Below are positions 26,708 to 38,085 of a DNA stretch of 64,000 bases, piece after piece. The stretch lies in assembly GCF_036507355.1 (NCBI RefSeq), contig NZ_AP027877.1; one strand, 5' to 3'. Under the pieces are notes generated by a model. It saw only the letters and a program-made list of their open reading frames with translations. It was not told the origin of the DNA and did no database searches. The first letter of the stretch is position 1, and the number at the start of each line of letters is the position of its first letter. The position numbers were made by a program, and so were the translations under genes. The DNA comes from Escherichia coli (GTDB lineage: Bacteria > Pseudomonadota > Gammaproteobacteria > Enterobacterales > Enterobacteriaceae).

Positions 26708-27724
26708 ATGAGAGTTCTGGTTACCGGTGGTAGCGGTTACATTGGAAGTCATACCTGCGTGCAACTACTGCAAAACGGTCATGATGTCATCATTCTTGAT
26801 AACCTCTGTAACAGTAAGCGCAGCGTACTGCCTGTTATCGAGCGTTTAGGCGGCAAACATCCAACGTTTGTTGAAGGCGATATCCGTAACGAAGCGTTGA
26901 TGACCGAGATCCTGCACGATCACGCTATCGACACCGTGATCCACTTCGCCGGGCTGAAAGCCGTTGGCGAATCGGTACAAAAACCGCTGGAATATTACGA
27001 CAACAATGTCAACGGTACTCTGCGCCTGATTAGCGCCATGCGCGCCGCTAACGTCAAAAACTTTATTTTTAGCTCCTCCGCCACCGTTTATGGCGATCAG
27101 CCCAAAATTCCATACGTTGAAAGCTTCCCGACCGGCACACCGCAAAGCCCTTACGGCAAAAGCAAGCTGATGGTGGAACAGATCCTCACCGATCTGCAAA
27201 AAGCCCAGCCGGACTGGAGCATTGCCCTGCTGCGCTACTTCAACCCGGTTGGCGCGCATCCGTCGGGCGATATGGGCGAAGATCCGCAAGGCATTCCGAA
27301 TAACCTGATGCCATACATCGCCCAGGTTGCTGTAGGCCGTCGCGACTCGCTGGCGATTTTTGGTAACGATTATCCGACCGAAGACGGTACTGGCGTACGC
27401 GATTACATCCACGTAATGGATCTGGCGGACGGTCACGTCGTGGCGATGGAAAAACTGGCGAACAAGCCAGGCGTACACATCTACAACCTCGGTGCTGGCG
27501 TAGGCAGCAGCGTGCTGGACGTGGTTAATGCCTTCAGCAAAGCCTGCGGCAAACCGGTTAACTATCATTTTGCACCGCGTCGCGAGGGCGACCTTCCGGC
27601 CTACTGGGCGGACGCCAGCAAAGCCGACCGTGAACTGAACTGGCGCGTAACGCGCACACTCGATGAAATGGCGCAGGACACCTGGCACTGGCAGTCACGC
27701 CATCCACAGGGATATCCCGATTAA
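26708..27724 (+). CDS. galE: UDP-glucose 4-epimerase
   Basis: MRVLVTGGSGYIGSHT... Rossmann motif; 338 aa. Confidence 0.97.
   Translation: MRVLVTGGSGYIGSHTCVQLLQNGHDVIILDNLCNSKRSVLPVIERLGGKHPTFVEGDIRNEALMTEILHDHAIDTVIHFAGLKAVGESVQKPLEYYDNNVNGTLRLISAMRAANVKNFIFSSSATVYGDQPKIPYVESFPTGTPQSPYGKSKLMVEQILTDLQKAQPDWSIALLRYFNPVGAHPSGDMGEDPQGIPNNLMPYIAQVAVGRRDSLAIFGNDYPTEDGTGVRDYIHVMDLADGHVVAMEKLANKPGVHIYNLGAGVGSSVLDVVNAFSKACGKPVNYHFAPRREGDLPAYWADASKADRELNWRVTRTLDEMAQDTWHWQSRHPQGYPD
26727..26742. promoter_or_regulatory. gal operator OI (inside galE)
   Basis: Exact gtggtagcggttacat within the first codons of galE. Confidence 0.85.
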
Positions 27725-27733
27725 GGAACGACC

Positions 27734-28780
27734 ATGACGCAATTTAATCCCGTTGATCATCCACATCGCCGCTACAACCCGCTCACCGGGCAATGGATTC
27801 TGGTTTCACCGCACCGCGCTAAGCGCCCCTGGCAGGGGGCGCAGGAAACGCCAGCCAAACAGGTGTTACCTGCGCACGATCCAGATTGCTTCCTCTGCGC
27901 AGGTAATGTGCGGGTGACAGGCGATAAAAACCCCGATTACACCGGGACTTACGTTTTCACTAATGACTTTGCGGCCTTGATGTCTGACACGCCAGATGCG
28001 CCAGAAAGCAACGATCCTTTGATGCGTTGCCAGAGCGCGCGCGGTACCAGCCGGGTGATCTGCTTTTCACCGGATCACAGTAAAACGCTGCCAGAGCTCA
28101 GTGTTGCGGCATTGACGGAAATCGTCAAAACCTGGCAGGAGCAAACCGCAGAACTGGGGAAAACGTACCCATGGGTGCAGGTCTTTGAAAACAAAGGCGC
28201 GGCGATGGGCTGCTCTAACCCGCATCCGCACGGACAGGTTTGGGCAAATAGCTTCCTGCCTAACGAAGCTGAGCGCGAAGACCGCCTGCAAAAAGAATAT
28301 TTTGCCGAGCAGAAATCACCAATGCTGGTGGATTATGTTCAGCGCGAGCTGGCAGACGGTAGCCGTACCGTTGTCGAAACCGAACACTGGTTAGCCGTAG
28401 TGCCTTACTGGGCTGCCTGGCCGTTCGAAACGCTACTGCTGCCCAAAGCCCACGTTTTACGGATCACCGATTTGACCGACGCCCAGCGCAGCGATCTGGC
28501 GCTGGCGTTGAAAAAGCTGACCAGTCGTTATGACAACCTCTTCCAGTGCTCCTTCCCCTACTCTATGGGCTGGCACGGCGCGCCATTTAATGGCGAAGAG
28601 AATCAACACTGGCAGCTGCACGCGCACTTTTATCCGCCTCTGTTGCGCTCCGCCACCGTACGTAAATTTATGGTTGGTTATGAAATGCTGGCAGAGACCC
28701 AGCGAGACCTGACCGCAGAACAGGCAGCAGAGCGTTTGCGCGCAGTCAGCGATATCCATTTTCGCGAATCCGGAGTGTAA
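27734..28780 (+). CDS. galT: Galactose-1-phosphate uridylyltransferase
   Basis: 348 aa with HPHGQ active-site motif. Confidence 0.97.
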   Translation: MTQFNPVDHPHRRYNPLTGQWILVSPHRAKRPWQGAQETPAKQVLPAHDPDCFLCAGNVRVTGDKNPDYTGTYVFTNDFAALMSDTPDAPESNDPLMRCQSARGTSRVICFSPDHSKTLPELSVAALTEIVKTWQEQTAELGKTYPWVQVFENKGAAMGCSNPHPHGQVWANSFLPNEAEREDRLQKEYFAEQKSPMLVDYVQRELADGSRTVVETEHWLAVVPYWAAWPFETLLLPKAHVLRITDLTDAQRSDLALALKKLTSRYDNLFQCSFPYSMGWHGAPFNGEENQHWQLHAHFYPPLLRSATVRKFMVGYEMLAETQRDLTAEQAAERLRAVSDIHFRESGV

Positions 28781-28783
28781 GAA

Positions 28784-29932
28784 ATGAGTCTGAAAGAAAA
28801 AACGCAATCTCTGTTTGCCAACGCATTTGGCTACCCTGCCACTCACACCATTCAGGCGCCTGGCCGCGTGAATTTGATTGGTGAACACACCGACTACAAC
28901 GACGGTTTCGTTCTGCCCTGCGCGATTGATTATCAAACCGTGATCAGTTGTGCGCCACGCGATGACCGTAAAGTTCGCGTAATGGCAGCCGATTATGAAA
29001 ATCAGCTCGACGAGTTTTCCCTCGATGCGCCCATTGTCGCGCATGAAAACTATCAATGGGCGAACTACGTTCGTGGCGTGGTGAAACATCTGCAACTGCG
29101 TAACAACAGCTTCGGCGGCGTGGACATGGTGATCAGCGGCAATGTGCCGCAGGGTGCCGGGTTAAGTTCTTCCGCTTCACTGGAAGTCGCGGTCGGAACC
29201 GTATTGCAGCAGCTTTATCATCTGCCGCTGGACGGCGCACAAATCGCGCTTAACGGTCAGGAAGCAGAAAACCAGTTTGTTGGCTGTAACTGCGGGATCA
29301 TGGATCAGCTAATTTCCGCACTCGGCAAGAAAGATCATGCCTTGCTGATTGACTGTCGCTCACTGGGGACCAAAGCAGTTTCCATGCCGAAAGGTGTGGC
29401 TGTCGTCATCATCAACAGTAACTTCAAACGTACCCTGGTTGGCAGCGAATACAACACCCGTCGTGAACAGTGCGAAACCGGTGCGCGTTTCTTCCAGCAG
29501 CCAGCTCTGCGCGATGTCACCATTGAAGAGTTCAACGCTGTTGCACATGAGCTGGACCCAATCGTGGCGAAACGCGTGCGTCATATCCTGACTGAAAACG
29601 CCCGCACCGTTGAAGCTGCCAGCGCGCTGGAGCAAGGCGACCTGAAACGTATGGGCGAGTTGATGGCGGAGTCTCATGCCTCTATGCGCGATGATTTCGA
29701 AATTACCGTGCCGCAAATTGACACTCTGGTAGAAATCGTCAAAGCTGTGATTGGCGACAAAGGTGGCGTACGCATGACCGGCGGCGGATTTGGCGGCTGT
29801 ATCGTCGCGCTGATCCCGGAAGAGCTGGTGCCTGCAGTACAGCAAGCTGTCGCTGAACAATATGAAGCAAAAACAGGTATTAAAGAGACTTTTTACGTTT
29901 GTAAACCATCACAAGGAGCAGGACAGTGCTGA
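28784..29932 (+). CDS. galK: Galactokinase
   Basis: 382 aa GHMP kinase (...GAGLSSSAS...). Confidence 0.97.
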
Positions 29933-30966
29933 ACGAAACTCCCGCACTGGCACCCGATGGTCAGCCGTACCGACTGTTAACTTTGCGTAACAACGCAGGG
30001 ATGGTAGTCACGCTGATGGACTGGGGTGCGACTTTACTTTCAGCCCGTATTCCGCTTTCCGATGGCAGCGTCCGCGAGGCGCTGCTCGGCTGTGCCAGTC
30101 CGGAATGCTATCAGGATCAGGCTGCGTTTCTGGGGGCCTCTATTGGTCGTTATGCCAACCGCATCGCCAATAGCCGTTATACCTTTGACGGTGAAACCGT
30201 GACGCTTTCGCCAAGTCAGGGCGTTAACCAGCTGCACGGCGGCCCGGAAGGGTTCGACAAACGTCGCTGGCAGATTGTGAACCAGAACGATCGTCAGGTG
30301 CTGTTTGCCCTGAGTTCAGATGATGGCGATCAGGGCTTCCCGGGTAATCTCGGCGCGACGGTGCAATATCGTCTGACCGACGATAACCGTATCTCTATTA
30401 CTTATCGCGCCACAGTTGATAAACCTTGCCCGGTGAATATGACTAATCACGTCTATTTCAATCTTGACGGCGAGCAGTCTGACGTGCGCAATCACAAGTT
30501 GCAGATTCTGGCGGACGAATATCTGCCGGTTGATGAAGGCGGCATTCCGCTCGACGGCCTGAAATCTGTCGCCGGAACGTCTTTTGATTTCCGCAGCGCC
30601 AAAATCATAGCCAGTGAGTTTCTTGCCGACGACGATCAGCGCAAAGTGAAAGGTTACGATCACGCATTCTTGTTACAGGCCAAAGGCGATGGCAAGAAAG
30701 TGGCGGCGCATGTCTGGTCAGCAGATGAAAAATTGCAGCTGAAGGTCTACACCACCGCTCCGGCTCTGCAATTCTACTCCGGCAACTTCCTCGGCGGCAC
30801 ACCGTCGCGGGGAACCGAACCTTACGCCGACTGGCAAGGGCTGGCTCTGGAAAGCGAGTTTCTGCCGGACAGCCCGAACCACCCTGAATGGCCGCAACCG
30901 GACTGCTTCCTGCGTCCTGGCGAAGAGTATTCCAGCCTGACGGAATATCAGTTTATTGCTGAGTAA
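29926..30966 (+). CDS. galM: Aldose 1-epimerase (galactose mutarotase)
   Basis: 346 aa; overlaps the galK stop. Confidence 0.95.
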
Positions 30967-31122
30967 TGTTAAGCCCTCGTCATGAGGGCTTTATCTTCAT
31001 ATTGTTCAAATCACCAGCAAACACCGACATATTTGCAACTCAATATTCACAACAACCTTACACTGCGACACTATTTTCGCTATGGTTATGCGTAAGCATT
31101 GCTGTTGCTTCGTCACGGCAAT

Positions 31123-31143
31123 ATAATGAGAATTATTATCATT
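31123..31143. promoter_or_regulatory. Putative Fur box upstream of gpmA
   Basis: ataatgagaattattatcatt resembles the gataatgataatcattatc Fur consensus. Confidence 0.5.
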
Positions 31144-31167
31144 AAAGATGATTTGAGGAGTAAGTAT

Positions 31168-31920
31168 ATGGCTGTAACTAAGCTGGTTCTGGTTCGTCAT
31201 GGCGAAAGTCAGTGGAACAAAGAAAATCGTTTCACCGGTTGGTACGACGTGGATCTGTCTGAGAAAGGCGTAAGCGAAGCAAAAGCGGCAGGTAAGCTGC
31301 TGAAAGAGGAAGGTTACAGCTTTGACTTTGCTTACACCTCTGTGCTGAAACGCGCTATCCATACCCTGTGGAATGTGCTGGACGAACTGGATCAGGCATG
31401 GCTGCCCGTTGAGAAATCCTGGAAACTGAACGAACGTCACTACGGTGCGTTGCAGGGTCTGAACAAAGCAGAAACTGCTGAAAAGTATGGCGACGAGCAG
31501 GTGAAACAGTGGCGTCGTGGTTTTGCAGTGACTCCGCCGGAACTGACTAAAGATGATGAGCGGTATCCGGGTCACGATCCCCGTTACGCGAAACTGAGCG
31601 AGAAAGAACTGCCGCTGACGGAAAGCCTGGCGCTGACCATTGACCGCGTGATCCCTTACTGGAATGAAACCATTCTGCCGCGTATGAAGAGCGGTGAGCG
31701 CGTAATCATCGCTGCACACGGTAACTCGTTACGTGCGCTGGTGAAATATCTCGATAACATGAGCGAAGAAGAGATTCTTGAGCTGAATATCCCGACCGGC
31801 GTGCCGCTGGTTTATGAGTTTGACGAGAACTTCAAACCGCTGAAACGCTATTATCTGGGTAATGCTGACGAGATCGCGGCGAAAGCAGCAGCCGTTGCGA
31901 ACCAGGGTAAAGCGAAGTAA
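31168..31920 (+). CDS. gpmA: 2,3-bisphosphoglycerate-dependent phosphoglycerate mutase
   Basis: [17 protein letters not shown]... RHGE motif; 250 aa. Confidence 0.97.
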
Positions 31921-31942
31921 ACGTCATTCGTTTAAAAATGAG

Positions 31943-31973
31943 AAAGCCGACTGCAAGTGAGTCGGCTTTTTTG
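31943..31973 (+). terminator. Rho-independent terminator after gpmA
   Basis: Hairpin agccgact-gcaagtg-agtcggct followed by a T-run. Confidence 0.8.
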
Positions 31974-32000
31974 TTTGTCGTTGCTAACAATGGAGCACAT

Positions 32001-32078
32001 TGCCTGATGCGACGCTGCGCGTCTTGTCAGGGCTACGGTGATTCATCGGATACGCCACTCTGACGGCGCATCCGACAA
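32001..32078. repeat. REP pair (BIME-like)
   Basis: gcctgatgcgacgctgcgcgtcttgtcagggctac and an inverted partner cggatacgcc...gcatccgaca. Confidence 0.6.
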
Positions 32079-32085
32079 TTAAACT

Positions 32086-33138
32086 TTACCCGCGACGCGC
32101 TTTTACTGCATTCGCCAGTTGACGTAACAGAGCATCGGTATCTTCCCAGCCGATGCAGGCATCGGTGATGCTCTTACCGTAGGCCAGCGGCTCCCCGCTC
32201 TCGAGGCTCTGATTGCCTTCAACCAGATGACTTTCCACCATCACGCCAATAATGGCCTTTTCGCCACCGGCAATCTGCTGGCAAACGTCAGCACAAACAT
32301 CCATCTGCTTTTTGAATTGTTTTGACGAGTTAGCATGGCTGAAATCGATCATCACCTGTGCTGGCAGGCCTGCTTTGTTCAGCCCTTCTTTCACTTCAGC
32401 AACGTGCTTCGCGCTGTAGTTAGGCTCTTTACCGCCGCGCAGAATGATATGGCAATCGCCGTTACCGCTGGTATTCACAATCGCCGAATGCCCCCATTTC
32501 GTTACGGACAGGAAGCAGTGCGGCGCACCGGCGGCATTAATAGCATCGATAGCCACTTTAATCGTACCGTCGGTGCCATTTTTGAAGCCGACCGGACAAG
32601 AAAGCCCTGATGCCAGTTCGCGGTGCACCTGCGATTCGGTGGTACGTGCGCCAATTGCGCCCCAGCTCATCAGGTCAGCGAGATACTGAGGAGTGATCAT
32701 ATCGAGAAACTCACCCGCCGCTGGCAGACCGCTGTCGTTAATATCAAGCAGCAATTTACGGGCTATACGCAGACCGTCGTTGATCTGGAAGCTGTTATCC
32801 ATATGCGGATCGTTAATCAGCCCTTTCCAGCCCACCGTGGTACGCGGCTTTTCAAAATAGACGCGCATTACGATTTCCAGCTCATCTTTCAGCTCTTCAC
32901 GCAGCGCCAGCAAGCGAGTGGCATACTCTTTAGCCGCGACAGGATCATGAATTGAGCACGGGCCAATCACCACCAACAGGCGATCATCATTACCTTTCAG
33001 GATCTTATGGATCGCTTTTCGGGCATGGGCAACCGTATTCGCGGCATTTTCAGTAGCGGGGAATTTTTCCAGCAATGCGACAGGAGGAAGTAACTCTTTG
33101 ATTTCTTTGATGCGTAAATCGTCGTTCTGATAATTCAT
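32086..33138 (-). CDS. aroG: Phe-sensitive DAHP synthase
   Basis: 350 aa MNYQNDDLRIKEIKELLPPVALLEKFP... Confidence 0.97.
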   Translation of the reverse strand: MNYQNDDLRIKEIKELLPPVALLEKFPATENAANTVAHARKAIHKILKGNDDRLLVVIGPCSIHDPVAAKEYATRLLALREELKDELEIVMRVYFEKPRTTVGWKGLINDPHMDNSFQINDGLRIARKLLLDINDSGLPAAGEFLDMITPQYLADLMSWGAIGARTTESQVHRELASGLSCPVGFKNGTDGTIKVAIDAINAAGAPHCFLSVTKWGHSAIVNTSGNGDCHIILRGGKEPNYSAKHVAEVKEGLNKAGLPAQVMIDFSHANSSKQFKKQMDVCADVCQQIAGGEKAIIGVMVESHLVEGNQSLESGEPLAYGKSITDACIGWEDTDALLRQLANAVKARRG

Positions 33139-33208
33139 GTCTGTTCCAGTGTTGCCATACTTATCTTAGTGAATGCAATACTTCCAATCTATATCTTCCG
33201 TCAGAATG

Positions 33209-33226
33209 TGTAAACGGGGTTTTACA
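33209..33226. promoter_or_regulatory. TyrR box upstream of aroG
   Basis: TGTAAA-cggggt-TTTACA matches TGTAAA-N6-TTTACA. Confidence 0.75.
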
Positions 33227-33453
33227 CTATGAACGGATTAATCCTGGAATTAGCAAGAAAAACGCCAGATTGTCGCGAAAAACGAGATCTCTCCTACAAT
33301 TTCTAACTGTAACTCCTTTGTTTGTTAATTATTTCAAGATTCTCTGCTGCGTTTCATAACCTGGCTGAAATCTTAAACCAATGCCTTATATTCACCTGCA
33401 AATGCACTGTTGGAAGAGGTTATCCGACATAACGACCATAACAGGAGCATCCT

Positions 33454-33834
33454 ATGAAAATGACAAAACTGGCCACATTATTTCTGACTGCCACTCTAAG
33501 CCTTGCCAGCGGTGCCGCACTGGCTGCCGATAGCGGAGCGCAAACTAATAACGGCCAGGCAAACGCCGCCGCTGATGCGGGCCAGGTAGCCCCTGACGCC
33601 CGTGAAAATGTCGCGCCAAATAACGTCGACAATAACGGGGTAAATACCGGTTCTGGCGGCACAATGCTGCATCCGGATGGTTCTTCAATGAACAATGACG
33701 GCATGACCAAAGATGAAGAGCACAAGAACACCATGTGCAAAGATGGTCGCTGTCCGGATATCAATAAAAAGGTACAAACCGGTGATGGCATCAATAATGA
33801 TGTCGATACCAAAACCGACGGTACCACGCAGTAA
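33454..33834 (+). CDS. ybgS: Secreted low-complexity protein YbgS
   Basis: 126 aa with signal peptide, rich in N/D/G. Confidence 0.85.
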   Translation: MKMTKLATLFLTATLSLASGAALAADSGAQTNNGQANAAADAGQVAPDARENVAPNNVDNNGVNTGSGGTMLHPDGSSMNNDGMTKDEEHKNTMCKDGRCPDINKKVQTGDGINNDVDTKTDGTTQ

Positions 33835-33947
33835 CCCTGCAAAATAGCCAATAATGGGAGAGCGGAGTCTCTCCCTTTTAATTTTTCCCTTCTAAAAGCA
33901 GTATGATGTCATAAAGTTAAGTGAGAATAATTAAGGGATGACTCGTC

Positions 33948-34889
33948 ATGGCGCACTCACACTCACACACGTCCTCACACCTGCCAGAAGATAATAATGC
34001 TCGTCGCTTGTTGTATGCTTTCGGCGTGACTGCCGGGTTTATGCTGGTAGAAGTCATTGGTGGTTTTCTTTCTGGTTCTCTGGCTTTGCTGGCCGATGCG
34101 GGTCATATGTTGACCGATACTGCCGCCCTGCTTTTCGCCCTACTCGCCGTGCAATTTTCACGTCGTCCTCCCACCATTCGCCACACTTTCGGTTGGCTAA
34201 GACTGACCACGCTCGCGGCGTTTGTGAATGCCATCGCCCTCGTGGTAATTACCATTTTGATTGTCTGGGAGGCGATAGAACGCTTCCGCACGCCGCGTCC
34301 GGTCGAGGGCGGCATGATGATGGCAATTGCCGTGGCTGGGTTGCTGGCAAATATACTTTCTTTCTGGTTACTTCATCACGGCAGCGAAGAGAAAAACCTC
34401 AACGTACGAGCAGCGGCACTGCATGTGCTCGGGGACCTGCTGGGTTCGGTTGGGGCTATTATTGCCGCGTTGATTATTATCTGGACCGGCTGGACACCTG
34501 CTGACCCCATTCTCTCGATACTGGTGTCGCTTCTGGTTCTGCGTAGCGCGTGGCGACTGTTGAAAGATAGCGTGAATGAATTACTTGAGGGTGCACCGGT
34601 ATCGCTGGATATCGCTGAACTGAAGCGTCGTATGTGCCGGGAAATCCCGGAAGTCCGCAATGTGCACCATGTGCATGTATGGATGGTAGGCGAGAAGCCG
34701 GTGATGACGTTGCATGTGCAGGTGATCCCGCCACACGATCACGATGCCTTGTTGGATCAGATCCAACACTACCTGATGGATCACTATCAGATTGAGCACG
34801 CCACCATTCAGATGGAATATCAACCTTGTCATGGGCCAGACTGCCACCTGAATGAAGGGGTGTCTGGCCATTCACATCATCACCATTAA
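33948..34889 (+). CDS. zitB: Zinc efflux cation diffusion facilitator
   Basis: 313 aa; His-rich N- and C-termini ([11 protein letters not shown]...GHSHHHH); CDF membrane domain. Confidence 0.93.
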   Translation: MAHSHSHTSSHLPEDNNARRLLYAFGVTAGFMLVEVIGGFLSGSLALLADAGHMLTDTAALLFALLAVQFSRRPPTIRHTFGWLRLTTLAAFVNAIALVVITILIVWEAIERFRTPRPVEGGMMMAIAVAGLLANILSFWLLHHGSEEKNLNVRAAALHVLGDLLGSVGAIIAALIIIWTGWTPADPILSILVSLLVLRSAWRLLKDSVNELLEGAPVSLDIAELKRRMCREIPEVRNVHHVHVWMVGEKPVMTLHVQVIPPHDHDALLDQIQHYLMDHYQIEHATIQMEYQPCHGPDCHLNEGVSGHSHHHH

Positions 34890-35605
34890 TGGGACAGCGC
34901 GCGTGAGCCTCTTTCACATGCGCTGTTGATCCACATCCGGCTGCCGTTGAGCGCAATAAAGGTCAGGATGATGTACTCCAGAGACATGGCGTAAACGCCC
35001 TGAAGTGCAAAAATAACGACGCTAATCACGTTAATAATCACCCACAACAGCCAGTTTTCCACATACTTACGCGTCATCAGAATCATTGCCACGATAGATA
35101 ACACCATCATGCATGAATCCCAAAACGGGAAAGCGTCCGGTTGCAGTTCAGGCATCACAACCTGTAATCCTAATGCTTGCATGATCATGACTGCCACGCG
35201 GGTCAAAAATGCAAACACCGGATTGATAAATACCGTCATCAGACCAATCGAAACAACGCAAACCGCCAACCAGCTTAGCGCCTTCGGCAATGGCAACCAG
35301 CGAATTTTCAACTCCGCCTCGTTCTGACTGGTTTGTCGCGACCACGCATACCAACCGTAAATATTCGCGGCAAAGAAAAACACCTGTAATAGCAGGCTGG
35401 CATACAGCTGAATCTGAAAGAAAATAATGCCAAACAAGGTGACGTTGATCAGGCCAAAGAAGTAGTTGCTGATCTTCTCCAGACTGGCAAGGCCAATACA
35501 CAGCAACCCGGCGATCGTGCCTACCGCTTCGATCCATGAGAGATCATAACCGCCTGCTCCTATTGGTATATGTACCAGGATATTCTGCACACTAAAAAAA
35601 TCCAT
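34886..35605 (-). CDS. pnuC: Nicotinamide riboside transporter
   Basis: 239-aa membrane protein directly downstream of nadA. Confidence 0.93.
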   Translation of the reverse strand: MDFFSVQNILVHIPIGAGGYDLSWIEAVGTIAGLLCIGLASLEKISNYFFGLINVTLFGIIFFQIQLYASLLLQVFFFAANIYGWYAWSRQTSQNEAELKIRWLPLPKALSWLAVCVVSIGLMTVFINPVFAFLTRVAVMIMQALGLQVVMPELQPDAFPFWDSCMMVLSIVAMILMTRKYVENWLLWVIINVISVVIFALQGVYAMSLEYIILTFIALNGSRMWINSACERGSRALSH

Positions 35606-35642
35606 CTTTCCCCCAAAGCGTAACGTTACGCCTTATTATTCG

Positions 35643-36686
35643 TTATCCACGTAGTGTAGCCGCAAAATCCAGCATACGATTGAGCGGCACCAGCGCCCTC
35701 TCTCGCAGCCTTTCATCAACATGAACCTCGTGATTGCTTCCTTCCTGTTCTAATGCCTCTGCGATGGCCTGAAGGCCATTCATGGCCATCCACGGACAAT
35801 GCGCGCAGCTGCGGCAGGTTGCACCCTCACCTGCGGTTGGTGCTTCCAGTAACTCTTTATCTGGCACCGCCTGCTGCATTTTGTAGAAAATACCCCGATC
35901 GGTTGCCACAATAAGCCTCTGATGTGGCAATGTTTTCGCAGCAGCGATCAGTTGACTGGTGGAACCGACCGCATCCGCCATATCGACAATAGCTTGTGGT
36001 GATTCTGGATGCACCAGTATGGCAGCATCCGGGTATTCTTCTTGCAAGCGGGTTAACGCCTGAGTCTTAAATTCATCATGCACAATGCAGGCCCCCTGCC
36101 AGCATAAAATGTCTGCGCCCGTCTGTTTTTGCACGTAACGCCCCAGGTGTTTGTCGGGTGCCCAGATGATTTTTTCACCCAAACTATCCAGATGATCAAT
36201 AAGTTCGACGGCAATGCTTGAAGTTACCACCCAATCTGCCCGCGCTTTTACCGCAGCAGAAGTGTTGGCGTAGACGACGACAGTATGATCGGGATGGGCA
36301 TCGCAAAATGCGTTAAATTCTTCAACAGGGCAGCCGAGATCCAGTGAACATTCAGCCTGAAGTGTCGGCATCAGAATTGTTTTTTCCGGACTGAGAATTT
36401 TGGCGGTTTCTCCCATAAATCTCACCCCAGCGACTAACAACGTAGAAGCGGGATGCTTTGCACCGAAGCGCGCCATTTCCAGAGAATCAGAAATACAGCC
36501 ACCGGTTTCTTCTGCCAGTTGTTGAATTTCGGGATCGGTATAGTAATGGGCAACCATCACCGCATTACGTTCTTTTAGCAGACGTTTTATCTTCTCGCGG
36601 TAATACGCTTTTTCATCAATGCTTAACGGCGTCGGCTTCGGGGGGAAAGGATAAATCGCCGTGTCTGGATCAAACATCACGCTCAT
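35643..36686 (-). CDS. nadA: Quinolinate synthase A
   Basis: 347 aa [29 protein letters not shown]... Confidence 0.96.
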   Translation of the reverse strand: MSVMFDPDTAIYPFPPKPTPLSIDEKAYYREKIKRLLKERNAVMVAHYYTDPEIQQLAEETGGCISDSLEMARFGAKHPASTLLVAGVRFMGETAKILSPEKTILMPTLQAECSLDLGCPVEEFNAFCDAHPDHTVVVYANTSAAVKARADWVVTSSIAVELIDHLDSLGEKIIWAPDKHLGRYVQKQTGADILCWQGACIVHDEFKTQALTRLQEEYPDAAILVHPESPQAIVDMADAVGSTSQLIAAAKTLPHQRLIVATDRGIFYKMQQAVPDKELLEAPTAGEGATCRSCAHCPWMAMNGLQAIAEALEQEGSNHEVHVDERLRERALVPLNRMLDFAATLRG

Positions 36687-37087
36687 CTTACCATCTCGTT
36701 TTACAGGCTTAACGTTAAAACCGACATAAGCGTCATATTCGCTGTTATCGGTGTAATTTGTTTTATATACTAAACAAGATAGTCGAATGGTGGGGAAAAG
36801 TCACTCGAATTACGCCTAATGTGCAGGATGCGTCATTTTACGCCTAATTCCACCGACATAGAGTTGCTTGCACAGTAAGCTCTGACTATGTCATCAGGTT
36901 TACAAAGTTAAATTGAGGGATGCCTGAATAGCAAAAAAGCGTCTTTAGGGCGCTTTTTTACATTGGTGGGTCGTGCAGGATGACTCGCTTCGCTCGCCCT
37001 TCGGGCCGTCGCCGCGAGCGGCTCCGTTGTTTCGCTGCGCTCAACTCGAACCTGCTGCAGGTTCGAATCTTTGAATATCTCAGATAG

Positions 37088-37116
37088 CAAAAAAGCGCCT
37101 TTAGGGCGCTTTTTTA
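37088..37116 (-). terminator. Rho-independent terminator after the last tRNA-Lys
   Basis: aaaaaagcgcc-ttta-gggcgctttttt hairpin flanked by A/T runs; a second near-identical copy lies at about 36930-36960. Confidence 0.7.
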
Positions 37117-37119
37117 CAT

Positions 37120-37195
37120 TGGTGGGTCGTGCAGGATTCGAACCTGCGACCAATTGATTAAAAGTCAACTGCTCTACCAACTGAGCTAACGACCC
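37120..37195 (-). tRNA. lysQ: tRNA-Lys (UUU)
   Basis: Exact reverse complement of GGGTCGTTAGCTCAGTTGGTAGAGCAGTTGACTTTTAATC...CCA; 76 nt. Confidence 0.93.
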
Positions 37196-37228
37196 CTTGC
37201 GGGATTATGCTGCTTTAATCATTCAGGA

Positions 37229-37304
37229 TGGTGGGTCGTGCAGGATTCGAACCTGCGACCAATTGATTAAAAGTCAACTGCTCTACCAACTGAGCTAACG
37301 ACCC
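37229..37304 (-). tRNA. lysZ: tRNA-Lys (UUU)
   Basis: 76-nt copy identical to the other tRNA-Lys genes. Confidence 0.93.
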
Positions 37305-37450
37305 ATACGGGTGTTACCTGAAAGATTTCTACTCGGAACCAATCTTTAAAATTGGTGGGTCGTGCAGGATGACTCGCTTCGCTCGCCCTACGGGCCGTTG
37401 CTGGCGCAACGTTATCCTTCACGCTTAACATCTGAGTTTGATGTTAAAAT

Positions 37451-37526
37451 TGGTGGGTCGTGCAGGATTCGAACCTGCGACCAATTGATTAAAAGTCAAC
37501 TGCTCTACCAACTGAGCTAACGACCC
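37451..37526 (-). tRNA. lysY: tRNA-Lys (UUU)
   Basis: 76-nt copy identical to the other tRNA-Lys genes. Confidence 0.93.
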
Positions 37527-37529
37527 GAG

Positions 37530-37605
37530 TGGTGGGTGATGACGGGATCGAACCGCCGACCCCCTCCTTGTAAGGGAGGTGCTCTCCCAGCTGAGCTAAT
37601 CACCC
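37530..37605 (-). tRNA. valZ: tRNA-Val (UAC)
   Basis: Reverse complement of GGGTGATTAGCTCAGCTGGGAGAGCACCTCCCTTACAAGGAGG...CCA. Confidence 0.93.
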
Positions 37606-37656
37606 GATACTGCGCTGGATACTACAAACTACTTCCACCGAACCCACCGTAATTAG

Positions 37657-37732
37657 TGGTGGGTCGTGCAGGATTCGAACCTGCGACCAATTGATTAAAA
37701 GTCAACTGCTCTACCAACTGAGCTAACGACCC
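37657..37732 (-). tRNA. lysW: tRNA-Lys (UUU)
   Basis: 76-nt copy identical to the other tRNA-Lys genes. Confidence 0.93.
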
Positions 37733-37734
37733 GG

Positions 37735-37810
37735 TGGTGGGTGATGACGGGATCGAACCGCCGACCCCCTCCTTGTAAGGGAGGTGCTCTCCCAGCTGAG
37801 CTAATCACCC
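37735..37810 (-). tRNA. valT: tRNA-Val (UAC)
   Basis: 76-nt tRNA-Val copy. Confidence 0.93.
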
Positions 37811-37845
37811 GATACTACGCTGGATACTACAACTAACTAGGTTAG

Positions 37846-37921
37846 TGGTGGGTCGTGCAGGATTCGAACCTGCGACCAATTGATTAAAAGTCAACTGCTC
37901 TACCAACTGAGCTAACGACCC
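37846..37921 (-). tRNA. lysT: tRNA-Lys (UUU)
   Basis: 76-nt tRNA-Lys copy, first gene of the operon. Confidence 0.93.
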
Positions 37922-38085
37922 ACTTTTTCGTTGCTTTCGGTTTGTTTGATATCCCGTGGCAACGGCGGCATATATTACTGATTTCAGACTTGAGCGCAAC
38001 AAAAATTTCGATGTAGATCACTCAACTGCTTATGATTCGCACGACACGACCAGAAATAATGCGACTTCTGGTCGTGTGTTATGCA

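Noticed and set aside
26846-27688. 280-aa minus-strand ORF
   Set aside because: It is antisense to galE.
36908-37180. 90-aa minus-strand ORF
   Set aside because: It overlaps tRNA-Lys genes, terminator hairpins and tRNA-fragment repeats.
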